Assembly: GCA_031763465.1 (NCBI GenBank) | Contig: JARFOE010000046.1 | Span: 9,777,133-9,819,345, forward strand | Source of the DNA: Squatina squatina | Taxonomy: Eukaryota | Direction: 5' to 3' | DNA length: 42,213 nt | Part shown: piece after piece, positions 22,891 through 34,710 of the stretch | Numbering within the stretch: the stretch's first letter is position 1 | How the letters are laid out: each line of letters opens with the position of its first letter | Notes under the pieces: generated by a model | What the model was told of the DNA's origin: nothing | The model's input: the letters and a program-made list of their open reading frames with translations, nothing else | Databases searched by the model: none | Program-made: the position numbers and the translations under genes

Positions 22891-23496
22891 ATAACATCAG
22901 AAGAATGAAACAAATGTGATTTTAAAGGTTATACATGTTAGCTCAGAGCAAATTATCAATTTGAAGATGGTAACAACGATTTTATTCATTGTTTGGATAA
23001 AACACAAGAGGAATGTTGAAAAGAAACATGGAATTAGGCTTCGCTGGCCGCTTACAAAGCTTTTGTGGAACTGCAAGCACTTGATTTTGCAAACAAATTG
23101 TTTGGGAAAGCACAAAATAGTCAGGGAAAAGCCTTGCGATCAGGAGCCTTATTGTTTTGTACTGTAAGGATGAGAGTTTGGATTTAGTTAGACTTCTATT
23201 TTGGATCTGGATTCCCTGAAATTGAGATAGTTTCCTGCCACCTCAAAATAAACAAAGTTGGAAAGGACACCCGTACTTGAGGGTGATAGTTCCACTGGAT
23301 CTACAGAATGTACGCAAATATTTGGTTCCCTGCGATGCTCGGATCTGTGTGAAATTTTTGGTGAGATGCTGATCAGGATCTCAAGGCTTCTTCAAGNNNN
23401 NNNNNNNNNNNNNNNNNNNNNNNNNNNNNNNNNNNNNNNNNNNNNNNNNNNNNNNNNNNNNNNNNNNNNNNNNNNNNNNNNNNNNNNNNNNNNNNN

Positions 23497-23575
23497 CACA
23501 TCAATACTGAACCCCCAATACCATGTGCTTTAAGTTTGCACACTAATCTCTTATGTGGGACCTTGTCGAAAGCAT
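23497..23575 (-). mobile_element. CR1 LINE RT fragment
   Basis: AFDKVPHKRLVCKLKAHGIGGSVL. Confidence 0.85.
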
Positions 23576-24559
23576 ATAACTCATCTGACCTATTTTGCTT
23601 GAGCAGCATTGTGGACCCACTTTATCCTTTGGCGGATCTGCCCTCAGAACCAGGTCCGCTATGGATCCAGTCGACCTGCAGGCGACGGGCGGCAGACATC
23701 CAGTATAAAAACGGGTGAGTGGCACAAGCGCCGTTGCTTCTTGGCGTCATCTCCTGAGATCTGGAATGCACCAAGCCACAATGTAATAAAAGAGTGCTCT
23801 GGACTCAATCTTGATGCGATTGAGCTAAATGCCAAGTGTTAAGCAGTGAGAACACCTCCAGCAATTGGGCGGCCAACATGCACGTATATTAACGTATTAT
23901 GTATTACACTGTGAATCTTGTTGCACAGTTGAGTCATCACTTGTAATAGCAGATTAAACTTCTTCATCATGGCCGCCACCACCCCCTCAGTTGCTCAGGC
24001 CGGTCTCCCTACACATCTATTATGTCATGATCTGTATATCGACAGTGATGAAAGTTCTCATCACGATGCAGTGACACTAGGTATTGCATTCAGCTGGGAT
24101 TATTCCAATTTGCCTGGGCATGTCATAAAGCTCAGCCACAGAGCCAGGCAAATGCAGGATAATTACATACAAATTGCAGAACTTCTGACCGCATTGTTAT
24201 CTCAGCTCTCAAACAGAAATTTGCCTAGGGGGCTAGCTTCTGATGTTGCTGAATTCAAAAGGTCAAGCAGAAGAAAATGCAATTTACAAAGCACTCGTGG
24301 TTCTTTAAGAAGTTGAGAAATTGCAGGCGCTATGAAGCACAGTAGTAAAGAATTGAGCTGTACAGAACATTTGGTTCTGCTTAATTGCATACCTGATAAT
24401 TACCCAGTTATTTTCATATATTTGCATAGCCACCTTGNNNNNNNNNNNNNNNNNNNNNNNNNNNNNNNNNNNNNNNNNNNNNNNNNNNNNNNNNNNNNNN
24501 NNNNNNNNNNNNNNNNNNNNNNNNNNNNNNNNNNNNNAGTCACTGCAGCATGAAATGCT

Positions 24560-25088
24560 ACTTACTTTGACCACTCAACTTAGGTTCTTGAACTTCTTGC
24601 AGCATTGAGCTGCAGTCTGGACAACCATATCTACCGCAGAAATCTCCCTGGCTTTGTGAGCCCACAATGCCCCGAAAAAGTCTGCAGTGCTGCTCTTCTT
24701 CCCGATGGAGGGAACAGCTGCACCTGCCAAGCCTCCACCGCTGCCACCAAGGTCTCCAATGCCAGGTCTGAAAATCTACCGGACCAATGAAGAGGCCCTG
24801 GAGCAACTGTCACCAAAATTGCTGTGCTGTGGCCCACGAAAAATGAGCAGAGAGAGCAGCTGAACAGATGCTGCACATTAACTTTAAGGACTGGAGTGGC
24901 TTTGAACCAGATTAACTCCCAATGAATGTCAGGTGAAATTGACTCCAGTTTACTCTGCATCTCCTCTCCAGCGCCCCAGTGAGCTGATTACCGCCTCCCA
25001 CAGCGCCTCCACAGAATTTGTTTTTTTTAGAGAGCTCAGTGTCACACAATGTTGCACTGCCAACGCGGCACTACTCAATTCTGACCCC
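24560..25088 (-). mobile_element. Decayed PIF/Harbinger-type transposon end carrying a Myb/SANT-like (trihelix) DNA-binding protein exon (about 24566-24780)
   Basis: Minus strand: RFSDLALETLVAAVEAWQVQLFPPSGRR..[frameshift]..ALWAHKAREISAVDMVVQTAAQCCKKFKNLS*VVK|gtaagt; terminus GGGGTCAGAATTG at 25088 preceded by ATT. Confidence 0.7.
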
Positions 25089-26210
25089 AATACCTTCAGG
25101 TGAGGAAGGGAGAAAACTGGAAAAAGAACAGAAATTAGCTCTTTTCATTTAGATCAATGTTCCATCCTCCTGATATTTCTTTTTAGTTTTAATATTACCA
25201 ATGCATGATTTAAAGATTGTGCAACACAATTCAAAATCACGTTTGGGGGATTTCGGCCCAGAGCTTTTTGAAGTGTGAAATGTTTTGAATTTAATTTCAA
25301 TTTTTTTTTTATCCCCAGAAATGTAATCTTGAACTTTCCAAATTGCATCCTTTTCTTTCAGGGGGGTAAGAAGGTAAACAATGATGGTTCAAATTTTCTG
25401 CAAATTTATGACAAGGCAATTCTCCGAGCAGATAATGATGCCTGTACTTGACAATGAAATTCATCAGTAACAGCAAATACATCCTGGGATGTTATAAGAT
25501 TTACACAATGAGAGGAACCAACCGCCAAACAGTTAAGCAATGACCTCGTTCATTTGGCCCAAGTCTTGTCTCTTGGCACAGAGCACGGTTTATGCCATGA
25601 CTTCCTTTTATACAAAGTAATTTGTTTTTAATTAAGGCCTTAGCTTGTTCTGCTTGTGAAGTGCCCTGAGGATTGGACACAATTTTGTGACTCAAAGACT
25701 CCAAGCGAAGGCATCGAACATGATGGCACATGCAGGGCAGAAATGTGAAAAATGTACATCAGCCATCTACATTGGAGTGGCAATTAATGCAACATTGACG
25801 TGTTCATGTAAATTCAGAGCAGTTATTGATTCAAATTCATGATTTATAACGCAACGATTGTCTCCCAAAAAAGTGATACACAGTTAACACTATATTTATT
25901 GAGTAAAAAAAAAATAGAAGTTTTGACAAACATTACCTTTCCAAAACAAACTCCAACACACACACANNNNNNNNNNNNNNNNNNNNNNNNNNNNNNNNNN
26001 NNNNNNNNNNNNNNNNNNNNNNNNNNNNNNNNNNNNNNNNNNNNNNNNNNNNNNNNNNNNNNNNNNTATGTAATTATGAAAAACAGAGAAAATGGAACTG
26101 GTGAAACTCGAGTTTCTCTTCAAATCCTCCAAGATTGACTGTTTGTGCCAACATAGGGAAGCGAAGAAGGAATGCAGGACAAGCCTACAGCCAATATGAG
26201 GAAAGGTTTT

Positions 26211-26406
26211 ACAAAAGCAAAATATTGCGGAATCTGGAATCTGAAATAAAAGCAAAAAATACTGGAAATACTCAGTAGTTCAGGCAGCATCTGTGGAGAG
26301 AGAAACAGAGTCAACGTTTCAGGTCGATGGCCTGACGAAGGGTCTGTTTCTCCCTCCACAAATGCTGTCTGACCTGCTGAGTATTTCCAGCACTTTCTGT
26401 TTTTAT
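26211..26406. mobile_element. Penelope-derived inverted (pLTR) element with 14-bp target site duplication
   Basis: ctggaaatactcag...cagcatctgtggagagagaaacaga pairs with tctgtttctccctccacaaatgctg..ctgagtatttccag; TGAGGAAAGGTTTT at 26197-26210 and 26407-26420. Confidence 0.85.
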
Positions 26407-27302
26407 TGAGGAAAGGTTTTGTCTGGTCACTATTTTTAGTGGAACCTGCATTCTTTTAGAAAACAATTATGGTTTCTCCAGAAACAGCGAGCATAAGAAA
26501 TCATCCTGGTGTGTTAATGATATGAGTCACACATAGCAACCAAAATAAATCATATTCCCTGATATGCAGCCAAAGGATTTTCACAACTGGGATCCCTTTT
26601 AAAATCAATTGTTCTATTAGATATTATGATAAGTATCCTTTTGTTCTGTCAGTCTTCTGTTGAATTTTAGTATCATTCTTTTAACAGTCATTACTGAAGA
26701 CATTACTGCATCAATTGGAAATGTTCGAAAATGGCTAACTTAATGCTAACAAACAAAAATGGCCAATCAAGGTTGCTTTATCCAGTTGAGTTATGTGTGT
26801 TCATTTCGCCCCCATCTCATTGAGCGGAAAACTCTTCCTAGTCAGTTGCCCTCCATGATCCGAGCACATACATATGCATGCATTGAGCGACACATATGAA
26901 TATTTTAAACACAGAGCCTTTTCATGGCTCAATAAAAACACTGGAGCTATTATATTTTTTTCAAAAGACTTCCTTCCTCATTGTTATCCTTGATATGAAT
27001 TATTCGGTCCTTGCAATAGGCAGTAAGTTTCGTGCAGCTGCCAAGTCACATCATTATCAACATCAGAAAAATATAAACTCATAAATTGTCTCATTGTATC
27101 AGCTCAAACATAGATTTTTTTCCCCCGAAAGATTGAAATTGCTTTGCAATAAAGGTAAGTGCTGAACCAAATAAGAAAGAAAATCCCATTTGATCTGGTA
27201 TAAAAAATTTTATTAATAAATTCTGGTGAAGCATTTTGACAAATTTAGTCCAATTTGGATTTGGCTGGTGGCTCTTTAAGGAAATAAAGTTTTTTTTTTT
27301 AA

Positions 27303-27469
27303 AGTGTTAAAATTATGAAGGGTTTTGATCGAGTAACTAAGGTGAAAAAGTTGCCACCAGCATAGAGATCGGTAACCAGAGCGCAAAGATTTAACATAAT
27401 TGGCAAAAGAACCAGAGGGGAGATGAGAGAAATGTTTATAGGCAGCAAGTTGATGTGGAATGCTTTGCC
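27303..27469 (+). mobile_element. CR1 LINE 3' ORF2 fragment
   Basis: aaaattatgaagggttttgat...ggtaaccagag..atttaacataattggcaaaagaaccagaggggagatgag..tggaatgctttgcc. Confidence 0.75.
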
Positions 27470-28294
27470 NNNNNNNNNNNNNNNNNNNNNNNNNNNNNNN
27501 NNNNNNNNNNNNNNNNNNNNNNNNNNNNNNNNNNNNNNNNNNNNNNNNNNNNNNNNNNNNNNNNNNNNNNNNNNNNNNNNNNNNNNNNNNNNNNNNNNNN
27601 NNNNNNNNNNNNNNNNNNNNNNNNNNNNNNNNNNNNNNNNNNNNNNNNNNNNNNNNNNNNNNNNNNNNNNNNNNNNNNNNNNNNNNNNNNNNNNNNNNNN
27701 NNNNNNNNNNNNNNNNNNNNNNNNNNNNNNNNNNNNNNNNNNNNNNNNNNNNNNNNNNNNNNNNNNNNNNNNNNNNNNNNNNNNNNNNNNNNNNNNNNNN
27801 NNNNNNNNNNNNNNNNNNNNNNNNNNNNNNNNNNNNNNNNNNNNNNNNNNNNNNNNNNNNNNNNNNNNNNNNNNNNNNNNNNNNNNNNNNNNNNNNNNNN
27901 NNNNNNNNNNNNNNNNNNNNNNNNNNNNNNNNNNNNNNNNNNNNNNNNNNNNNNNNNNNNNNNNNNNNNNNNNNNNNNNNNNNNNNNNNNNNNNNNNNNN
28001 NNNNNNNNNNNNNNNNNNNNNNNNNNNNNNNNNNNNNNNNNNNNNNNNNNNNNNNNNNNNNNNNNNNNNNNNNNNNNNNNNNNNNNNNNNNNNNNNNNNN
28101 NNNNNNNNNNNNNNNNNNNNNNNNNNNNNNNNNNNNNNNNNNNNNNNNNNNNNNNNNNNNNNNNNNNNNNNNNNNNNNNNNNNNNNNNNNNNNNNNNNNN
28201 NNNNNNNNNNNNNNNNNNNNNNNNNNNNNNNNNNNNNNNNNNNNNNNNNNNNNNNNNNNNNNNNNNNNNNNNNNNNNNNNNNNNNNNNCAGTAA

Positions 28295-28580
28295 TAGGTT
28301 AGGGGAGGAGCATTAATATTAGCCTCAGCATCCCCTGGACTAGGGAGGAGGTAAACATCAATCTTATGACTCAAACTGGAAAATGTGCATGGGGAGAAGG
28401 TCAGGTGAGTACAGGATCGAGCACAGCTGTGATTCTACTTACATTCAAATAGCCTGCTGGCACTGTTTTGGTTCCCAAATGCAAAATGGTCACCTTGGGT
28501 GAGGTACTGGAGGGTTGCAATACCTATGAAACCGTAACCCAGCAAGTATTAGCATCTTCAGGAGAGGAGAGAGGAAATAA
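28295..28580 (+). mobile_element. Second SINE family, 3' portion
   Basis: gcctcagcatcccctggactagggagg...ggtgagtacaggatc...ttgggtgaggtactggaggg...cttcaggagaggagag. Confidence 0.55.
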
Positions 28581-29904
28581 TCCCCCAACAGGTTGCGCTC
28601 TTTGTATAGACAATGACAGCAGTACACCTTGAATTTCTAAAGTTGTCCAGCCAGTGATCTTTCTGTACTGTCAAATCCTGATAAGCACATTAGTATTTTG
28701 CTGGCAAATGTGCTTGAATCAGGATTATGCTTTGATAAGGATTTCTATAAACTGCAGATAAAAAAGCCAATTTGCAGTTCTTTGTATCACAGCCATTTGT
28801 TCATTTGTTCAGCAATTCGATCGACAGAGAAACAGATAACACTTAACAAAAACACACACTTTACACAGGAGTGATTTAGATTTCTAAAGCATTGTGTTAT
28901 CTCGATATAGATTTAGAATGGACAAGAAATGATTTTCAAAGCAAATGTTTTCCACTTGGAAGACACTTAAGGGATGAAATTCCTTTTTAAGCAAGAAGCA
29001 GAGGAGTGCCCATTTTTCTCTGTCATTAATGACCCACCAAAGAATTTGCATTTCCAGAAATGACACGTTTCGAAGCCACATAAATACAGGAGGGTTCAGA
29101 TCAGGTCGGGCAGGTTGAGCGCCTGATTTATGCCCACATGGAAAGGGGGTGAGTGGAGAATTTGGCCCTATCTCTTCCAAAAAAACTCATTCCAATTAGT
29201 GGGCCATTCAGTACAGAAACAAAATGTCTCCCATTAGTTTGCTGGAGGGATTTTATCCCTTTAGAATCTGTAAACCATAAAACAAAGGCGAAAGGTAAAA
29301 TAGAGATGGAGATATTCCTTCAACTCTAATTAAATGTTTAGTTAATTGGGAATTAAACAATCTTAAGGGAAGCTAACAGGTCCAGAACTTTTTAAAATTC
29401 CACTTACTTGGGCTAAGAAGTAGACTGGGACTCAGTGCTCCTGATACATGCTGGAAGCACGTATGGGGAAATNNNNNNNNNNGAATTAGTGGTGTAAAAG
29501 CTGGAAGTGTGGAATTTCCCCATATGTATTTCTCTTGTTTCAGGAGCGCTGATGCAGAAAATTCCAATCGTAATGTTTAACTGATCAGTAAGCTTGCTGG
29601 GAATCAGGCTGCAGCTCGGTGTCAGTCGTGGTGGGACAGGGTTGCACCTGTTGACAGTGTCACTCTTGCAGCTGAAAATTTTGGTTCTTGCACTCACTCC
29701 TGCACTTGCAGCAAGGAGCTGTGCCCATAAGAAGCAAGGGGTAGATGGTATGGCTAATCTACTACCAATTCACCACCTACCCTCCCTGGGAGTGTTGAAT
29801 TGGCAAATTTACCCTCGTGTGTAATGGGACAAGGAAAATCAAATTAATGTCAAAAGAATGTGGGTTAAAAAGTAAGAAAAAAAAGCAAAGGAGCAGTAAA
29901 TTAT

Positions 29905-30190
29905 GCAAAAGAGAAATACTGTGGAAGCTGGAATCTGAAATAAAAACAGCAAATGCTGGAAATACTCAGCAGGTCAGGCAGCATCTGAGGAGAGAGAAAA
30001 AGAGTCAACTTTTCAAGTCTGTGACCTTTCGTCAGAACTGGAAAAGTTAGAGATGTAACAGGTGTTTAAGCAAGTGCAGGGGCAGGGAAAGGGAGGGGAG
30101 GAAAGAACAAAAGGGAAGGTCTGTGGTAAGGGTGGAAGGCAGAAAAGATTAAGAGGCAAAAGGGATGATGGTGCAAAACAAAAGGAGATG
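29905..30190 (-). mobile_element. Penelope-like element 3'/pLTR region
   Basis: ctggaatctgaaataaaaacagcaaatgctggaaatactcagcaggtcaggcagcatctg, homologous to 26220-26320; includes a hammerhead-like core. Confidence 0.8.
30003..30041 (-). ncRNA. Minimal hammerhead ribozyme-like motif (degenerate) in Penelope pLTR
   Basis: Minus strand CCAGTT-CTGACGA-AAGGTC-ACA-GACTT-GAAA-AGTT-GACT: CUGANGA and GAAA boxes with stem II. Confidence 0.5.
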
Positions 30191-30191
30191 A

Positions 30192-30351
30192 AGGGAATGC
30201 AGTGGATGTTGTCCATATGGATTTTAGGAAGGCATTTGACAAAGTACCACATAAAAGGCTGGTTAGCAAAATTCAGGCTCATGGAATAGGAGAGTCAAGT
30301 GTCAGCTTGGAAAAAAATTGGCTAAAGGACAGAAGACAGTGAGTCATGATC
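30192..30351 (+). mobile_element. CR1 LINE RT fragment
   Basis: GNAVDVVHMDFRKAFDKVPHKRLVSKIQAHGIG. Confidence 0.85.
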
Positions 30352-30451
30352 NNNNNNNNNNNNNNNNNNNNNNNNNNNNNNNNNNNNNNNNNNNNNNNNN
30401 NNNNNNNNNNNNNNNNNNNNNNNNNNNNNNNNNNNNNNNNNNNNNNNNNNN

Positions 30452-30892
30452 GTCTTGCATCCCTGGTACCATTCCAGTAAATCTCCACTGCACCCTCTCG
30501 AATACATTCTTCCTAAAATGTGGTACCCAGAATTGGACACAATACTCCAGCTGGGGCCTAACCAGTGATTTGTAAAGGTTTAGCATAACTTCCGTGCTTT
30601 TGCACACATGCCTTTGTTTATAAACCCAAGGATCCCGCAAGACTTTTTAAACAGCCTTCTCAACTTGTTTTGCCACCTTCAAAGACTTGTGTATGTACAC
30701 CCCAGGCCTTTCTGTTCCCGTAACCCCATTAAAATTGTACCATTTAGTTTATATAGCCTCTTGTTATTCTTCTTATCAAAATGTGTCACCTCACGATTTT
30801 CTGTTAAATTGCATCTGCCATGTGTCTGCCCATTTCGTCACTCTGTCTATGTCCTCCTTAAGTCTGTTACTATCCTCCTCACTGTTTACTAC
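30452..30892 (-). mobile_element. CR1 LINE ORF2 C-terminal fragment
   Basis: KSTEVMLNLYKSLVRPQLEYCVQFWVPHFRKNV..ERVQWRFTGMVPG. Confidence 0.9.
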
Positions 30893-31905
30893 ATTGTTTA
30901 CTCAATTGGTTGCACACGCATACATCGGGCAGGTCCCTGGCACTTTCTTTGCTCAGGCAAGGCAGTTCATCAGCCTATTTATGGATGAATGACAACGTTA
31001 TGAGCGGGCCATGTCATTTTATAAAAGTGGCAGGATTCCCAAAAGTTTAAAGGGTCTTAGATTGCACCAACATGCTCCCTTTATCAATCTAGTTACTGAC
31101 ATTGACAAGGAAGGCTAGCACTCACTCAATGTCCAGCTTGTCTCTGGCCAACAACAGCACATCAACGCAAGTCAATACTTGTTTTCCTGGCAGCCGACAT
31201 AATGCCTTGATATTAAGGTGGGCCATAAGGTCATCATTCTTTCAAGCAGCAAGGCATATTTCTGGGTGGATGCTGGCAAATCAAAACTAAGCTGTGTAGT
31301 CTATTCTAATGACAATAGTGCATTTTCCCCACTATGGAGACGGCTAATCGGCCATGAAGGTCATCATACAGGACACAATTGTAATGTTCAGAAAGTTGCG
31401 GGTTACTGCGTCCATCTTTTAATAGCTTGAAATAATAGTTCAATAAAACAAACAGCCATGTCTGTTACTAACACAGTATAATTTTAATCAAACTAAAAAT
31501 GTACATTTTTTTTCCTAGTCATCGAATCACGTATATTTATAACGTTTTGTTATGGTTTTTACTTTTGCTCAGTTGAGCTCCCCAGAAATTTGAAACTAGC
31601 GATAACTTTAGATTAAAAGCACATTTAATGCTCCAAAGCTACAAGGAAATCATTGGAAAACAATTTTGATTTTACAGTAAGAATCCAATATACTTGGATT
31701 CCATCTCATTACCAGGTGTGTCTCATAAAGCAGTCATAATTCAAGCCTGAACCCATTTTATTTAATGGCTATAGTGGCACATAAACATATTACACATAAT
31801 ATTTANNNNNNNNNNNNNNNNNNNNNNNNNNNNNNNNNNNNNNNNNNNNNNNNNNNNNNNNNNNNNNNNNNNNNNNNNNNNNNNNNNNNNNNNNNNNNNN
31901 NNNNN

Positions 31906-31958
31906 CCGGGTGCGCGGGGTACATCGTTACCACCCGGGGACATCGCAGTTTCAGGGCC
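31906..31958. mobile_element. Terminus of Harbinger-like MITE family A
   Basis: ccgggtgcgcggggtacatcgtt...catcgcagtttcagggcc followed by ACT; a SINE tail follows at about 31965-32032. Confidence 0.6.
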
Positions 31959-32484
31959 ACTTAATTAGCTATAAAGCACTTTGGGTCATCCTAAGGTCGC
32001 AAAAGACCATAAATGCAAGTCTTTCTTTCTTTGGGCAGGGATCGTATGTGCCACAGAAACCTGATTGGGAGAAATGGTATAAGGTGAAAATTTTTTTCAT
32101 ATTGAACGGTGAAGGGCCAAGGCTCATTGTACAGGACAACATCAAGGTTGCAAAACAGTAGAAGAAATGTATAGAATTATTTAACAAATAATAGAAAATA
32201 TGCATTTTTAAAAACCCTGCAGAAGGAAGGAATGACTAAGGGAAGAATAGTTTTGTGCTCTTGAGTGTGCGTGACGACCGTGGGCTTGTAGTAATGAGGA
32301 GAAGTGTGTGGTACTCTGTTCCTTTTAAGCTTCAGATACGCGAGAGACGAGTTCAAAGGAGCACTTGCCAAAGTGGAATGGATAAAAAGGGGGTAAGTGG
32401 AGATGGGTTGGGACCGGGAAAAGGAGCAGAGATGAGAGAGCTATCAGATGATAAAACTGGTGAAGGAAAAAATGCCTTTGTGTG

Positions 32485-33042
32485 GAACATTAGGGACAGG
32501 AGTAGGCCATTCGGCCACTCGAGCCTGCTCCACCATTCAATTAGAACATGGCTGATCTGCACCTCGACTCCAGTTACCTGCCTTTGCTCCATATCCCTTG
32601 TTACCCGAAACTGACAAAAATCTATTGATTTATATCTTGAAAGCTCCAATCGTCCCAGAATCAACAGCATTTTGAGGCAGAGAATTTCAGATTTCTATTA
32701 CCCTATGTGTGATGAAGTGTTTGCTGATTTCACTCCTGAATGGCTTGGCTCTAAGTTTAAGATTATGTTCCCTCATTCTTGATCCCCCAACCAGAGGAAA
32801 CGCTTTCTCTGTACCTATCTTATCAAAACGTTTTAAACGTTTTAAACACCACCATCAGAAGACCCCACAGTCTCCTGTATGCAAGGCAATACAAGCCAAG
32901 TTTATGCAACCTGTCCTCAATTTAACCCTCTATGCCCTTTTCCCATTCTAGTGAATCTATGCTGCATCACCTCCAAAGCCAGCATATGAGGTGCGGTGCC
33001 TAAAAATGAATGCAGTTCGCCAGATGGGGGTCTGACCAAGGC
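32485..33042 (-). mobile_element. CR1 LINE 3' end (about 550 bp)
   Basis: ggagtaggccattcggccactcgagcctgctccaccattcaat 3' UTR followed by reverse-complemented ORF2 end. Confidence 0.85.
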
Positions 33043-34007
33043 ATTCATTCGCAATAGTTCATTCAGAATATATACTATGGTAAGATTATTAATTGAAAAA
33101 TCACCGAAACTACGAGATATCTTTGTGTGAAGTACATGCCAGGGGACGTGGAAATTACTACATTCAAACTACAAAAGAAAAGTGAATCTTGTAGCGATCA
33201 AGCTTGGTTCCGCTTGAAAAACTGGTGCTGATGCTTATTCATCAAATTGGCAAATAGAGCAGCAATTTTGCATTCTGACACATAATCATTCACTGTTAAC
33301 ATCAAGAGCAGCCATTAATAGACAGATGTTCCATGGAGTGATAACTAAACCAAGTGATTTGTTATCGTACTGATCCACCCAGAAACTGGTGTGTTCATTG
33401 CCTCAGGGACTTGGAATGCAAAGTTGTGGAATTCAGTCCTTTACCCGCACTTTGGTATGCAGAACGTTGTGTGATGCGTCTTGGGATGTCGAACTGCACC
33501 GAATCATTTTTGCCGTGTGATTTTTCGATAGGAGTGGGCGTTTGATCTTCTGCTGCTTAGTGTTCAAAGCTCCTAGAATGCAAACAGAGGGTCTGCCCCA
33601 TTACAGTGTCCCAATCTCTGCCCTTCTACCCAGGATGAGCTGGTCGTCTCTCGGCACAAATTCAATGCGTGATTAAGTCTAATTATCACGAAATTAGTGA
33701 TATCTGGGTTTCCTAGCAACAGCATGTTGTGCGTTAAAAGGCTTCTAAGCATGGCCTAATTTAATAATACTTTGCGGCGTTGTAAATAAAACGTTCAATG
33801 TGTTCACCACAGGAGTCACAAGATAACCTTTCTAATGTGATATTCGTGCTGGGCAAAATGTGAGATTTCATCAAAAATAATCAGGTAATTTAGCTTGCTC
33901 AATTATCAGCAGCAAATAGGTATATTGTGATTCTCGGAGGCTTGATTTATTGCGCCGTGGACCATCCTGATTTGAAGATGTTACACTTGCTATAGAAATC
34001 TGGCCTA

Positions 34008-34710
34008 GGTGTCAACCATGATTCAATTGGGAGCACTCTTGCTTCGGAGTCAGATGCTTGTGGGTTCAAGGCACACCCCAGAGACTTGAGCACATAATCT
34101 AGGCTGGATGTACTGAGGAGCGATACATTGTGCAGTGCCGACATTAAGTGAGTGGGCAATAAGGTGGCAGATGGAGTATAATGTGTGGAAATGAGGTTAT
34201 TCACTTTAGTAGGAAGAAGAGGGTGAGAAACTACCAAATGCTGGTGTTCAAAGAGATTTAGGGTTAGGGTTAGGGCCCTCGCACAGCAAACAGAGTTGGC
34301 ATGCAGGAAAGCAAGCAATTAGGAAGATATGCTGGTCTTTATTGCAAGGGGGTTGGAGTACAGGAGTAAGGAANNNNNNNNNNNNNNNNNNNNNNNNNNN
34401 NNNNNNNNNNNNNNNNNNNNNNNNNNNNNNNNNNNNNNNNNNNNNNNNNNNNNNNNNNNNNNNNNNNNNNNNNATGTGAAGAACAAGGAGTTCTCCTGGT
34501 GTGCTTCTCAACATTCCTCCCACCACCAACACCACCAAAAACAAGTTAACTGGTCTTTCTGTTTGGTGGATGTTGCTGTATAGAGATTAGCTGCAAATTT
34601 GCCCACATAATGACATTGACTGCACTTCAAAAGATAATTCATTAGATGTGAAGCCCTTTGATTTTGCTTAGAGGTGTGATAGATGCTATGTAAATGAAAG
34701 TTGTTTCTTT
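34008..34710 (+). mobile_element. Deu-SINE split by a CR1 insertion (CR1 about 34141-34373, then gap)
   Basis: SINE head (gagtcagatgcttgtgggttcaag..agagacttgagcac) to 34140; CR1 (SEWAIRWQMEYNV..LVFIARGLEYRSKE); SINE resumes gaagaacaaggagttctcctggtg. Confidence 0.75.
34258..34275 (+). repeat. (TTAGGG)3 interstitial telomere-like repeat
   Basis: ttagggttagggttaggg, perfect. Confidence 0.85.

Noticed and set aside
23663-23683. ggatccagtcgacctgcaggc resembling a pUC polylinker
   Set aside because: Short, lacks the XbaI and SphI sites, and flanks are not vector-like; chance.
27423-28374. Long ORFs of about 280-310 aa in the ORF track
   Set aside because: Artefacts of reading through the 820-N gap.
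30192-30892. Opposed CR1 fragments as a twin-priming inversion
   Set aside because: They face tail-to-tail across a gap, not the twin-priming geometry; independent insertions or scaffolding are more likely.
32336-32392. 57-nt exon-like segment (IRERRVQRST...) loosely recalling DERDKVQKKTFTKW
   Set aside because: Does not encode the highly conserved CH1 start and has a TAA in the required phase-1 frame.
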